Part shown: piece after piece, positions 19,684-28,358 of the stretch
How positions within the stretch are numbered: position 1 is the first letter of the stretch
How the letters are laid out: the number at the start of each line of letters is the position of its first letter
From: Dehalococcoidia bacterium
GTDB lineage: Bacteria > Chloroflexota > Dehalococcoidia > Lucifugimonadales > UBA2985
Length of the DNA stretch: 64,000 bases
Assembly: GCA_965261605.1 (NCBI GenBank)
Contig: OZ253466.1
Span: 2,208,819 to 2,272,818 of the forward strand
Direction: 5' to 3'
Position numbers and translations under genes: made by a program
The notes under the pieces: model-generated
Database searches by the model: none
Seen by the model: only the letters and a program-made list of their open reading frames with translations
What the model was told of the DNA's origin: nothing

Positions 19684-20156
19684 CGTATTTCTCCCTTCTA
19701 TTTCCAGTGGGTGGCTAGTATAGCACTGGCGGCGAGCATCCAAGGCGACGTTCGGGTTGCTCGACTTTTGGCACAATCTAAAACGGGGTTGGCCCCAGGC
19801 GGACCCGGGATCCACTGGACGCCGGTAGTGGATCCCGGGCCGGTCCAGGGAGCGCAACTCTCACCACTGCCAACTCCAGGGCCTCGGAGCAACCCACACG
19901 CTATACCTCTTATGTAGACTCAGGCACGAAAAGGGTAGGGCCGTAGGTCGGTTGAGGCCCTCAGAATGGCGCTACGGGCCTCTATGAACCTCGTTTCCAC
20001 CAGCTCGCCGGGATCCAGTGCCCTACTCCCGCTCCTGTCGCCGGCGCGGTCGCGGAGGCGACGATAAGCCAAAGGGGTACAAGATGCCGGAGATCGTGAT
20101 TGTTCAGGAACCACATTCAGGCCGCCGTACACGGGGAATGTGACGTGAAAAAGGTG

Positions 20157-20435
20157 CTATGCACCCAGGGACCGACCAGGGCCTCGGAAACGGTGTTGCG
20201 CGGTGCCGTGTTGGGCCATATCGCGCTCCACAAGTTCCTTGAGGCTTTTACCGCTACGCGGCGGTGTTGGCAGTTGCCCCGCGGTCTTTCGTACACGCGT
20301 ATGGCTCTCGTGGTGGACCACGCGTGCGATGGTTCTGCGGTGCCGACGGAAGGACTGAGACAGTGATTCTATTGTGTAACCAGCATCGTGCAGCTCCCGG
20401 ATGCGGAGAACTTGCGGGGGGGTTAATCTAGGCAT
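20157..20435 (-). CDS. helix-turn-helix protein (resolvase/IS-type HTH), probably part of the IS remnant
   Basis: From the internal Met the sequence reads MPRLTPPQVLRIRELHDAGYTIESLSQSFRRHRRTIARVV. Confidence 0.4.
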   Translation of the reverse strand: MPRLTPPQVLRIRELHDAGYTIESLSQSFRRHRRTIARVVHHESHTRVRKTAGQLPTPPRSGKSLKELVERDMAQHGTAQHRFRGPGRSLGA

Positions 20436-20595
20436 TATGTGTGTACCTTTCATGCAGTTTATGTGACGCCCAGTCGCGAATTTACGCGCACATATTGTGA
20501 CGCATATAGTACCATACATGGGACACTTTAGGCATAAAGGAAAGTTTCGAGTGGTGGGGGGGACAGACAATAGACTGATATTATATAAGAGCAAA

Positions 20596-21486
20596 CTAAA
20601 CTAGACCGACCGACACCCGCCGAGGCAGTGCCAGTGTTGCTGGTTGCCAACACAGGTAGGGACACCCTCGTTGGTGTAGATGCCGTCCTGTAGCCCGCTG
20701 TTCCGCGCCCGGCGTATGTGAATGACTGGTACTGCCCCTTTCGCAATTACATAGCGGTGATTTGCCTGAGAGTCGTAGCCTTTGTCGCCAATCACATACC
20801 CAGGCCGAAACCAAGGGTAGGCGTCGGCTGCTCCGTCTATGAGCGTGGGCAACTCCGAAACATCGTTGCGGCTGGCCGTCGTTAACAATACCCCAAAGAG
20901 GAATGCCATGCTCGGCGTCAGCGGCGACGTGAAGCTTGTAGCCGAAGCTCCACTCCGTCCCGTTCTTCGCACCCGGTCTGGTGCTGGTCTTGGCCGTCCA
21001 GCTGGCTTCGGGATCGCTGATCGGGTGCCTGTTGGGATTGGAGTAACTGCTGACGACGGTGCTGTCCACCGCGACCTTATCCCCCAAGTTGGGAAGGTAG
21101 TCGCGTAGCCTGTCGGTCGCGGTCGTGGTGGCGAGCTGCACTAGGTCTAAGTGGAGGCTAACCCTGGAGAAGAATCGGCTGAACGTAGACCTTTGAGGTA
21201 GCGCTTTGAAGCCACAGATGCGGCGAAGGCGCGGTTCTTCCTGTAGTCTGCGAATGAGGGCGCTGGTGCTGGGTATGTTCAGGATGTAACTCAGAAGAAC
21301 GGCCCGCCAGAGGGCTTCTACAGAGTAGCCAGACCGCCCCCTCCACCTGCTGCCGGTCCATCGGTACAGCCGGAGCCGCTCAAGCAAGGCCGTAGCATCC
21401 ACGCTGTTGAGTATTGCCTTGACTTCAGTGAGGCTAGGCCCCACTTGAGCCGATGATATGGTTGTCATAGAATGAGGTAACGCCAT
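20596..21486 (-). pseudogene. IS4/IS5-superfamily DDE transposase, frameshifted
   Basis: The N-terminal part (...VAVDSTVV...FGYKLHVAADAEHGIPL) is in one frame. The continuation (TASRNDVSELPTLIDGA...YVIGDKGYDS...) is in the overlapping ORF 20601-20972. Confidence 0.65.
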
Positions 21487-21666
21487 CTGGAGGTGCTTTC
21501 TCCTGGTTGGCTAGAGGTCGCAGGTGTTTTGCAGACGCCTACGACCTCGACTATTTTGTGCCTATATTTCAATTGTAGGGACATATCCACGCCCGGCCCA
21601 ATAGGTCTGCGACCTATCTTCGGGGAGTTTCTCTATTTTGCACATCTCTCTCAATAATTGGCCGTG

Positions 21667-21695
21667 TTGCTTATAACGCTAGATACGGATACAAT
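21667..21695 (+). promoter_or_regulatory. candidate sigma70-type promoter of the R-M operon, giving a near-leaderless transcript
   Basis: TTGCTT, 17 nt, TACAAT. The first ATG (21702) lies only 6 nt after the -10, in an AT-rich intergenic region. Confidence 0.35.
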
Positions 21696-21701
21696 ATTAT
21701 A

Positions 21702-22301
21702 ATGAGTCTTCTTCTAGGATTGGCCGAAATCTACCAAGGCCTCGCGCGGGCGGGACATGGGGCGGGTGCCCGTTCCGGCGAATGGATGCTGCGGCTGGTC
21801 GAGAGCGGCGACTTGAGTGACGACGGCTGGCTGAAGCTTGATGGCCTGCGAGAGGTCGGGGTCGTTCAGGGCGTTCGCACGGAGCGCCACCTCCTCCGAC
21901 CATACGATGTGCTGGTAACGGCCCGCTCCGGGTCTATACATGCGGCACTGGTGCCACCAGAGGTGTCCAGGACCGTTGCCGGCGTTACGCTGTTGGTAGT
22001 TCGACCCAAGCAGCCGGAGTTGGGAATGGGCCATTGGCTCTGGTACTTCCTGACCTCCACTCATGGCCGTGCCCAGATAGAAAAGCGACTGACCGTGAGC
22101 TCCACGGTCACGTCGTTGTCTGCAAGCAGCCTTGGCGAGATCGAGATCCCCGTGGCATCACCTCGTGAGCTTAGTATTGTGGCCCGGCTTGTGGAGGCTT
22201 CCGAGGAGTCATACAATTCGGCTGTGGAGGCTGCGCGGATTCGCCGCGAAGCCATTCGAGACTCGGTCATACAAGAGATTGGCTACAGGTCGAAGTCGTA
22301 G
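21702..22301 (+). CDS. half-size Type I restriction specificity subunit (one TRD plus one conserved helix)
   Basis: 199 aa ending in an HsdS conserved-region-like segment (LGEIEIPVASPRELSIVARLVEASEESYNSAVEAARIRREAI). It sits 16 nt upstream of hsdM. Confidence 0.55.
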   Translation: MSLLLGLAEIYQGLARAGHGAGARSGEWMLRLVESGDLSDDGWLKLDGLREVGVVQGVRTERHLLRPYDVLVTARSGSIHAALVPPEVSRTVAGVTLLVVRPKQPELGMGHWLWYFLTSTHGRAQIEKRLTVSSTVTSLSASSLGEIEIPVASPRELSIVARLVEASEESYNSAVEAARIRREAIRDSVIQEIGYRSKS

Positions 22302-22317
22302 CCTGGAGGAGCATTCC

Positions 22318-23844
22318 ATGACAGTTTCCAGACAGGAGCTTGAGTCTAAGCTGTGGCAGGCCGCAGACATCCTGCGGGGCCAGATAGACTCGGCGGACTA
22401 CAAGAACTATATCTTTTCCATCCTCTTCCTGAAACGCCTCTCGGACCGCTTCAACGAGGAGGTGGAGCAGGCCGTGGCCTCTGGCATCTCGCATGCGGTG
22501 GCCATCGAAGACCGCGACGAGCACGAGTTCTTCGTGCCGGAGACCGCCAGGTGGACAGCGATTACAGGGGCATCAATGAACCTTGGGGAGACGCTCAACG
22601 TCGCTGGCCACGAAATCGAAGACCTCAACCCCAGGCTGGACGGCGTGCTGACCGGCACTAACTGGAACGACGAGAGCAAGCTGGGCAGCCCGGCAAACCG
22701 GGAGAGCATCATCCGAAGCCTGCTCAACCACTTCGGGGACATGGATTTGAGCGATGAGAACCTGCGGGAGGACGATGCAGGCGGCGGCAATGTGTTGGGC
22801 GACGCCTACGAGTACCTGATCAACCGGTTCGCGGACGATGCCGGCAAGAAGGGCGGCGAGTTCTATACGCCCCGCTCGGTGGTGCGCCTCATAGTTGAAC
22901 TGCTGGAGCCGTCGGAGGGGATGCGCATCTGCGACCCTACGGCAGGCTCCGGCGGTATGCTCATTTACACAGCCCAGTACGTTAGGGAGAAGGGCGGAGA
23001 CCTGCGCAACCTGGCGCTTCATGGGCAGGAGCGCAACCTTGGTACCCTGGCAATCGGCAAGCTCAACCTGCTGCTGCACGGGCTGCGATCCCCTCGGCTG
23101 GAGGCCGGAGACGTTATCGCCGAACCGGGCCTGGTTGACGATGCGGGACGACTTCTCTCCTACGACAGGGTCGTCGCCAATCCCCCCTTCAGCCTCAAGA
23201 GTTGGGGGCACGACTTCGCGCCCAACGACCCGCACCATCGCTTCGACCGCTACGGCGCCATCCCGCCCAAGACCAAGGGCGACCTGGCCTTCCTGCTTCA
23301 TATGCTGGCGGTGACCAATGCCCAGGGCATGGTGGGGGTGGTCATGCCCCACGGCGTCCTGTTCAGGGGCGGCGCGGAGGGCAAAATACGCAAGGGCATA
23401 GTTGAGGCAGACCTGTTTGAGGCGATCATCGGTCTGGCGCCCAACCTCTTCTTCGGTGCAAGCATACCCGTGGCCATCTGTGTGCTGAACAGAGCCAAGC
23501 CGCCGGAGCGCAGGGGCAAGGCGCTGTTCGTGGACGCATCTCAGCCCGGCAGCTTTCGACAAGGCAGGGCGCAGAACTTCATCGACCAGGAGCACATCGA
23601 CAGGATAGTGGAGGCGTACAGCGCATTTGAGGACGTGGACCGCTTCGCCCACGTCGCGGACCTGGAGGAGATACGGGGCAACGACTTCAACCTGAACATC
23701 AGCCGGTACGTGGACACCACTGAAGTCGTAGACGTAATGAGCGTGGAGGAGGCCCTCACCCAGCTGCGAGACGCGGAGCGGAGGCGGGACGAGGCCGTAT
23801 CGAAGATGGACGCGCTGCTAAGGGAGATGGGCTACGTCCGGTAG
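22318..23844 (+). CDS. hsdM: Type I R-M system N6-adenine DNA methyltransferase subunit
   Basis: HsdM N-terminal domain (LWQAADILRGQIDSADYKNYIFSILFLKRLSD), SAM motif (DPTAGSGGML), and catalytic NPPF (VVANPPFSL). The start was chosen at the ATG after the GGAGGA SD. Confidence 0.92.
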   Translation: MTVSRQELESKLWQAADILRGQIDSADYKNYIFSILFLKRLSDRFNEEVEQAVASGISHAVAIEDRDEHEFFVPETARWTAITGASMNLGETLNVAGHEIEDLNPRLDGVLTGTNWNDESKLGSPANRESIIRSLLNHFGDMDLSDENLREDDAGGGNVLGDAYEYLINRFADDAGKKGGEFYTPRSVVRLIVELLEPSEGMRICDPTAGSGGMLIYTAQYVREKGGDLRNLALHGQERNLGTLAIGKLNLLLHGLRSPRLEAGDVIAEPGLVDDAGRLLSYDRVVANPPFSLKSWGHDFAPNDPHHRFDRYGAIPPKTKGDLAFLLHMLAVTNAQGMVGVVMPHGVLFRGGAEGKIRKGIVEADLFEAIIGLAPNLFFGASIPVAICVLNRAKPPERRGKALFVDASQPGSFRQGRAQNFIDQEHIDRIVEAYSAFEDVDRFAHVADLEEIRGNDFNLNISRYVDTTEVVDVMSVEEALTQLRDAERRRDEAVSKMDALLREMGYVR

Positions 23845-23859
23845 GGGGAGGAGTGACCA

Positions 23860-24055
23860 ATGCCGACATTGTTGCGAGAGGGGTCCCTACCGGTTTTACT
23901 TCTATCTGGGCGACCGGCCGGAGCCGCCCCACGTGCACGTGCAGAGGGACAATCACATCGCCAAGTTCTGGCTGGACACGGTAGCGCTCCAGAGCAGCGG
24001 TGGATTGAGGCCCTATGAACTTAGACACGTCGAGCGTATCATACAGGAGCATTAA
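23860..24055 (+). pseudogene. DUF4160-family gene with a +1 frameshift after codon 7
   Basis: ATG-MPTLLRE is followed, in the +1 frame, by GPYRFYFYLGDRPEPPHVHVQRDNHIAKFWL..., which is the DUF4160 hallmark. The break is at the G4 run 23880-23883. No alternative start exists in the long frame. Confidence 0.5.
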
Positions 24056-24064
24056 GAATCATTC

Positions 24065-24421
24065 TTGAGGGAGTGGGTGTACGTTTCAACGACTGAAATC
24101 AACGTGCCGGAAGCCATGACGGTCTCTGTGACGGAGGATGTTCTTGCCGTCCAGCTGTCCGATGGGCGCGACATCTCTGTGCCGCTATCGTGGTACCCAC
24201 GGCTTGTGCACGCGACGACGGAGGAGCGAATCCACTGGGAACTCATCGGCGGCGGACAGGGCATCCACTGGCCCGACCTGGACGAAGACATCAGCGTCGA
24301 GATGCTGCTGGCGGGCCGCAAGTCCGGCGAGAGCCGGCGGTCCTTCAAGCAGTGGCTGGAAGCCAAACAGGCCGGGCTGGGCCTCACGCTGTATGAGCTT
24401 ACAGCCCATGAGCGGGAATGA
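24065..24421 (+). CDS. DUF2442-domain protein, the usual partner of DUF4160
   Basis: The sequence reads LAVQLSDGRDISVPLSWYPRLVHATTEERIHWELIGGGQGIHWPDLDEDISVEMLL. Confidence 0.65.
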   Translation: MREWVYVSTTEINVPEAMTVSVTEDVLAVQLSDGRDISVPLSWYPRLVHATTEERIHWELIGGGQGIHWPDLDEDISVEMLLAGRKSGESRRSFKQWLEAKQAGLGLTLYELTAHERE

Positions 24422-24465
24422 CAACAACAGGGCGATGATGTCCAGTAAGGCGTAGGACGTGAAAT

Positions 24466-24666
24466 ATGCCCAAGGTTAGAAACGCGATCCGGCTCATAGA
24501 GAGAGACGGCTGGAGGTTGGCTCGGACCCGGGGCAGCCACCGCCATTACCATCACCCCGACAAGCCCGGGACCGTTACCGTTCCGGGCCATCCGAGCGAT
24601 GATTTGCATCCAAAGACTTGGCGGGCTATTCTGAGACAAGCGGGAATTCAGGAGGGAGACCGATGA
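24466..24666 (+). CDS. hicA: HicA-family mRNA interferase toxin
   Basis: 66 aa; the sequence reads LIERDGWRLARTRGSHRHYHHPDKPGTVTVPGH. It overlaps hicB through ATGA. Confidence 0.8.
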   Translation: MPKVRNAIRLIERDGWRLARTRGSHRHYHHPDKPGTVTVPGHPSDDLHPKTWRAILRQAGIQEGDR

Positions 24667-25007
24667 AGCTGAAGTATGTGGTTGTCTACGAGAAGACCCC
24701 CAACAACTACTGCGCCTATCTGCCCGATTTGCCCGGCTGCATTAGTACGGGCAAGACCTGGGAAGACATACAAGGGATGATTCGAGAGGCTGTAGCCTTC
24801 CATATTGAAGCCATGATGGAACAGGGTGAACCGCTGCCGGAGAAGCCCATGTCCGTGGAAGAGGCTATGGCTCATCACTGCCAACCCCTGACCGAGCGCG
24901 AGAAGGAGACTCTGGCTGAGTACGGCGAAGCCGGCCCAACGATCTCGACCACCTTTCAGATGGTGGAGATTGAGGTTGCCGTCCCGGACGCTGCTAGGGC
25001 GGGGTGA
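24663..25007 (+). CDS. hicB: HicB-family antitoxin (UPF0150 fold)
   Basis: The sequence reads YVVVYEKTPNNYCAYLPDLPGCISTGKTWEDIQGMIREAVAFHIE. Its stop overlaps the hsdS start (GTGATGA). Confidence 0.8.
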   Translation: MKLKYVVVYEKTPNNYCAYLPDLPGCISTGKTWEDIQGMIREAVAFHIEAMMEQGEPLPEKPMSVEEAMAHHCQPLTEREKETLAEYGEAGPTISTTFQMVEIEVAVPDAARAG

Positions 25008-26278
25008 TGATCGGCAGGACGCACGTTCCCGATGGCTGGCAGGTGGCGCGCCTGGGGGATGTGGCGGAGGTCAATCCAAGACGGCCACGACTGAATGTCC
25101 CAGATGACACCCAGATAAGCTTCCTGCCAATGGCGGCAGTCGGTGAGCGTTTGTCTGGGGTCATTGAACGCCAGGACCGCCCCTATCGCGAAGTATCAAG
25201 TGGCTACACCTATTTTGAAGAGGGTGATGTCATATTCGCGAAGATTACGCCATGTCTCCAGAACGGCAAACACGCTCTTTTGGGTGATCTGCCCAATAGG
25301 TTCGGTTTCGGTTCTACTGAGTTCCATGTAGTGCGCGCTGATAGCCAAATGGATCCGCGACATCTGTTTCGCGTATTGACTCAGCCACAGAACATTCGAG
25401 AGTGCGTCAATAGCTTTACAGGAACTGCCGGACAACAGCGTGTGCAACCAGAAGTGCTGAAATCCCTTCCCATACTCCTGCCTCCCTTGCAGGAGCAGCG
25501 GGCAATTGCCGCCGTGCTGGACTCCATTGATGACGCCATTGAGCGCACGGAGGAGGTCATCGCAGCCACGGAGCGCCTGCGGGACGCCCTGCTCCACGAG
25601 CTTCTCACCCGCGGCGTCCCCGGCTGGCACAGCGAGTGGAAGGAAGCGCCGGGCATCGGCACAATCCCGGCGTGCTGGGATGTGGTGCGGCTGGGGGATG
25701 TGGTGGAGGTACGCAACGGGACCACGCCTTCTCGCGCTGAGACAAACTATTGGCAGGACGGAGACGTTCCGTTTATCAAGACAGGACAAGTGAACGATAC
25801 TCTTATTGAAGTACCCGATGAGTTCATTACATCTCAGGCAGTTGCTTCGGCAGGGGCTGTGGTTGTCCCAAGGGGATCTGTATTGATTGCTATGATTGGG
25901 CAGGGCAAGACTCGCGGGATGACTGCACAGCTTAAGATTGACGCAGCAATTAACCAGAATTTCGCTGCCGTGTTCGGAGCGGACGGAGATTTCAGCTTAG
26001 ATTTCTTCTTCACTTGGGCTAGGCAAAATTATTCTCACATTCGCGCTCTCGGGCAAGGGTCAAATCAGGACGCTCTGAATTGCGCCCTTATCGAAGGTAT
26101 GCGTGTGCCAAAACCAACTTTAGCTGAGCAGCAGACCATAGTGGCAGTGGCGAATAGTATGGATGACGCCATAGAGCAGGCGAGCCAGGAACGGGATGGG
26201 TTACAATTGCTGAAGGCGTCGGCCGCGGACGCGCTGCTCACGGGGCGCGTGCGGGTGCCTCTGGGAGGTGACTCATAG
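25004..26278 (+). CDS. hsdS: Type I R-M system specificity subunit (two TRDs)
   Basis: Two TRD plus conserved-region repeats (LPPLQEQRAIAAVLDSIDDAIERTEEVI and PKPTLAEQQTIVAVANSMDDAIEQASQE). The second TRD is visibly richer in AT. Confidence 0.88.
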   Translation: MMIGRTHVPDGWQVARLGDVAEVNPRRPRLNVPDDTQISFLPMAAVGERLSGVIERQDRPYREVSSGYTYFEEGDVIFAKITPCLQNGKHALLGDLPNRFGFGSTEFHVVRADSQMDPRHLFRVLTQPQNIRECVNSFTGTAGQQRVQPEVLKSLPILLPPLQEQRAIAAVLDSIDDAIERTEEVIAATERLRDALLHELLTRGVPGWHSEWKEAPGIGTIPACWDVVRLGDVVEVRNGTTPSRAETNYWQDGDVPFIKTGQVNDTLIEVPDEFITSQAVASAGAVVVPRGSVLIAMIGQGKTRGMTAQLKIDAAINQNFAAVFGADGDFSLDFFFTWARQNYSHIRALGQGSNQDALNCALIEGMRVPKPTLAEQQTIVAVANSMDDAIEQASQERDGLQLLKASAADALLTGRVRVPLGGDS

Positions 26279-27534
26279 TGCCTTACTATCATGTCCGCAT
26301 TACGTCAAAACCCGCTCTATCCAAGGTTGATGTAGAGCTTGACCTTAATCTGGAAAAGTTAACAAATCGTTTTATCGACCCTTACAAGAAAGGCACACCT
26401 ATAGTCATTGATGGACGAGCAATAGCTGCTGAAGATGTCGGGCGTATTCAGATAAACAAAACCGACCAAGACTCGGCATACCTTAACGCGACAATATTGG
26501 AGCAATATAGAGCGAGGAGAACCGTCGTGGGGGTTGATCACAGAGGTCGATTGTCTGCAGCTCTCCTCGCCAACAACGGAGAGGATGTGACAGACGAATT
26601 CATCACTGGCCCACCGGGTAGTGAATCCGAGTCTGCCTCTCACTCTTCACAGGAGGTTAGACCCGCAACAGGCACTCGAGATGTCTTTGTAGTTCATGGG
26701 AGGAATACTGAAGCCCGCGATGCTCTATTCGAGTTCCTGAGGGCAATTGACCTCCATCCGCTGGAGTGGTCCGAAGCTGTACGTGCCACAGGCAAGCCAT
26801 CACCTTATATTGGAGAGATTCTGGATGCTGCCTTTTCCCGGGCGCACGCGGTTGTAGTTCTTTTTACACCAGATGATGAGGCTAGACTGAGAGAACAGTT
26901 CCGAATTGACAGCGACCTTCTCCACGAGACTCAACTGACCGGTCAAGCCAGACCCAATGTCCTGTTTGAAGCCGGCATGGCAATGGCCAGAGACCAAGAC
27001 CGGACTGTTCTGGTAGAGCTTGGCAACTTGCGACCATTCAGCGATGTTGCCGGGCGTCATGCCATACATCTAGCCAACAATTCACAGCGGAGGCAAGAAC
27101 TAGCACAACGCTTAGAGGCGGCAGGCTGTCCAGTGAACTTGCAGGGAACTGACTGGCATACAGCGGGCGATTTTGAAGCCGCGCTTGCTTTGCTGACACA
27201 AGGGTTATCTGAGCCTATGGCCGTTGAGGAGCAGCCATCAAACAACGCCGCGTATCCGCAGCTATCGGATGACGCAAAAGAACTTCTCGTTGCAGCAACG
27301 AAGAGCTCAGCCAGAGAGATACTCAAAGCAGCGGCTTCTGGTGGTCTGACGATACAGGCAAATGGTAAGAGCTTTACCGAGAGGGGCAATGCAAAGTCAG
27401 AGGCTAGATGGGAGCAAGCCCTTGAGGACCTCTTGGACTACGGACTCGTTACAGACCCAAGAGGCAAAGGCCAAGTTTTTGAGGTCACACACAGAGGTTT
27501 TGAAGTTTCTGATGGGCTAGGGACTTCGGAATAA
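26278..27534 (+). CDS. three-domain protein with a central TIR-like nucleotide-binding domain (COG4271 / CAP12-PycTIR type) and unknown N- and C-terminal domains
   Basis: The GTG start overlaps the hsdS stop (TAGTG). The core reads DVFVVHGRNTEARDALFEFLRAIDLHPLEW...AHAVVVLFTPDDEARLR...ARPNVLFEAGMAMA...RTVLVELG. Confidence 0.7.
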   Translation: MPYYHVRITSKPALSKVDVELDLNLEKLTNRFIDPYKKGTPIVIDGRAIAAEDVGRIQINKTDQDSAYLNATILEQYRARRTVVGVDHRGRLSAALLANNGEDVTDEFITGPPGSESESASHSSQEVRPATGTRDVFVVHGRNTEARDALFEFLRAIDLHPLEWSEAVRATGKPSPYIGEILDAAFSRAHAVVVLFTPDDEARLREQFRIDSDLLHETQLTGQARPNVLFEAGMAMARDQDRTVLVELGNLRPFSDVAGRHAIHLANNSQRRQELAQRLEAAGCPVNLQGTDWHTAGDFEAALALLTQGLSEPMAVEEQPSNNAAYPQLSDDAKELLVAATKSSAREILKAAASGGLTIQANGKSFTERGNAKSEARWEQALEDLLDYGLVTDPRGKGQVFEVTHRGFEVSDGLGTSE

Positions 27535-27554
27535 CTCCATTCGCAGGGTGCAAA

Positions 27555-27617
27555 ATGCATACACCTAGTTCAACCAAGCTCAACGAGTACAACCACGCGG
27601 AGGAGCCGTGTCGATGA
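27555..27617 (+). pseudogene. hsdR 5' stub A (20 codons: MHTPSSTKLNEYNHAEEPCR-stop)
   Basis: The 35 nt at 27574-27608 are identical to 29695-29729 at the start of the full-length hsdR. Confidence 0.7.
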
Positions 27618-27904
27618 ACAGAGATGAAGCGCTTGACCTGCTCAGGACGCACAAGCCGGCGCTTGCGGAGCGCTTTGGCGTAACCGGTCTCGCTCTGTTC
27701 GGCTCTTTCGCCCGGGACCAGGCCACGGACAGCAGCGACGTCGACATCCTTGTCGAGTTTGTCGCACCCCCTGACTGGAAGGCCTATTTCGGGGTGGTGT
27801 CTTATTTGGAGGACATCCTTGGCAGGCCGGTGGATGTGGCCACTATTTCGGAAGTGCGGAAGGAGATACGCCCGTTCGTTGAGAGGGACGCTGTTCATGT
27901 TTGA
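27614..27904 (+). CDS. MNT-type nucleotidyltransferase (antitoxin of a HEPN/MNT module)
   Basis: The sequence reads LALFGSFARDQATDSSDVDILVEF (GSxxR...DxD). It overlaps the HEPN gene through ATGTTTGA. Confidence 0.8.
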   Translation: MNRDEALDLLRTHKPALAERFGVTGLALFGSFARDQATDSSDVDILVEFVAPPDWKAYFGVVSYLEDILGRPVDVATISEVRKEIRPFVERDAVHV

Positions 27905-28268
27905 TTCCCGAGAGCAGGAGCGCCCTTGGAGCTTCTACGTCCAGGACATGCTGGATTTTGCGGAAACGGTCTTGGGCTATACCTCTGGGCTGGACATGGA
28001 CGCATTTGTCGCCGACCGAAGAACCTATGACGCCACTCTGCGCAATATTCAACTGATCGGCGAGGCTGCCACTCATGTCCCTGCTGATGTCCGAGAAGCC
28101 TATACGTCCATTCCATGGCACGCAATGATAGGGACTCGAAACCGCCTGGCTCACGCCTACCTGCATATCAGCGACGCCATCCTTTGGTCGATAATCCAGG
28201 ACGCCATTCCAGGTCTGGTACCCCAGCTACGAAAGCTATTGGAAGACGTCCGACGGGAGTCGCCATGA
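27897..28268 (+). CDS. HEPN (DUF86) toxin
   Basis: It contains the Rx4H motif (GTRNRLAHAY). The start is taken at the ATG overlapping the MNT stop. Confidence 0.8.
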   Translation: MFDSREQERPWSFYVQDMLDFAETVLGYTSGLDMDAFVADRRTYDATLRNIQLIGEAATHVPADVREAYTSIPWHAMIGTRNRLAHAYLHISDAILWSIIQDAIPGLVPQLRKLLEDVRRESP

Positions 28269-28348
28269 CTTCCACCACCGCCAAGCTCAACGAGTACAAC
28301 CACGCTGAGGAACCGGCGCGCCGGCTGCTGGAGCAGCTACGTGCGTAG
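28265..28348 (+). pseudogene. hsdR 5' stub B (27 codons: MTSTTAKLNEYNHAEEPARRLLEQLRA-stop)
   Basis: 28265-28338 aligns with 29682-29752 (the hsdR start) with one 3-nt indel and a few mismatches. Its ATG overlaps the HEPN stop (ATGA). Confidence 0.8.
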
Positions 28349-28358
28349 TTGGCGGGGA

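Noticed and set aside
14141-21700. A search by eye for a second copy of the tRNA-Ala 3' half (tggagctgaggggagtcgaacccctgacc) that would define the far end of the island.
   Set aside because: I found no convincing match. The best was a 7-nt cgaaccc near 19170, which is at chance level. The left island boundary therefore remains open and needs a computational repeat search.
22573-23652. A 359-aa minus-strand ORF.
   Set aside because: It is antisense to hsdM, which carries clear methyltransferase motifs.
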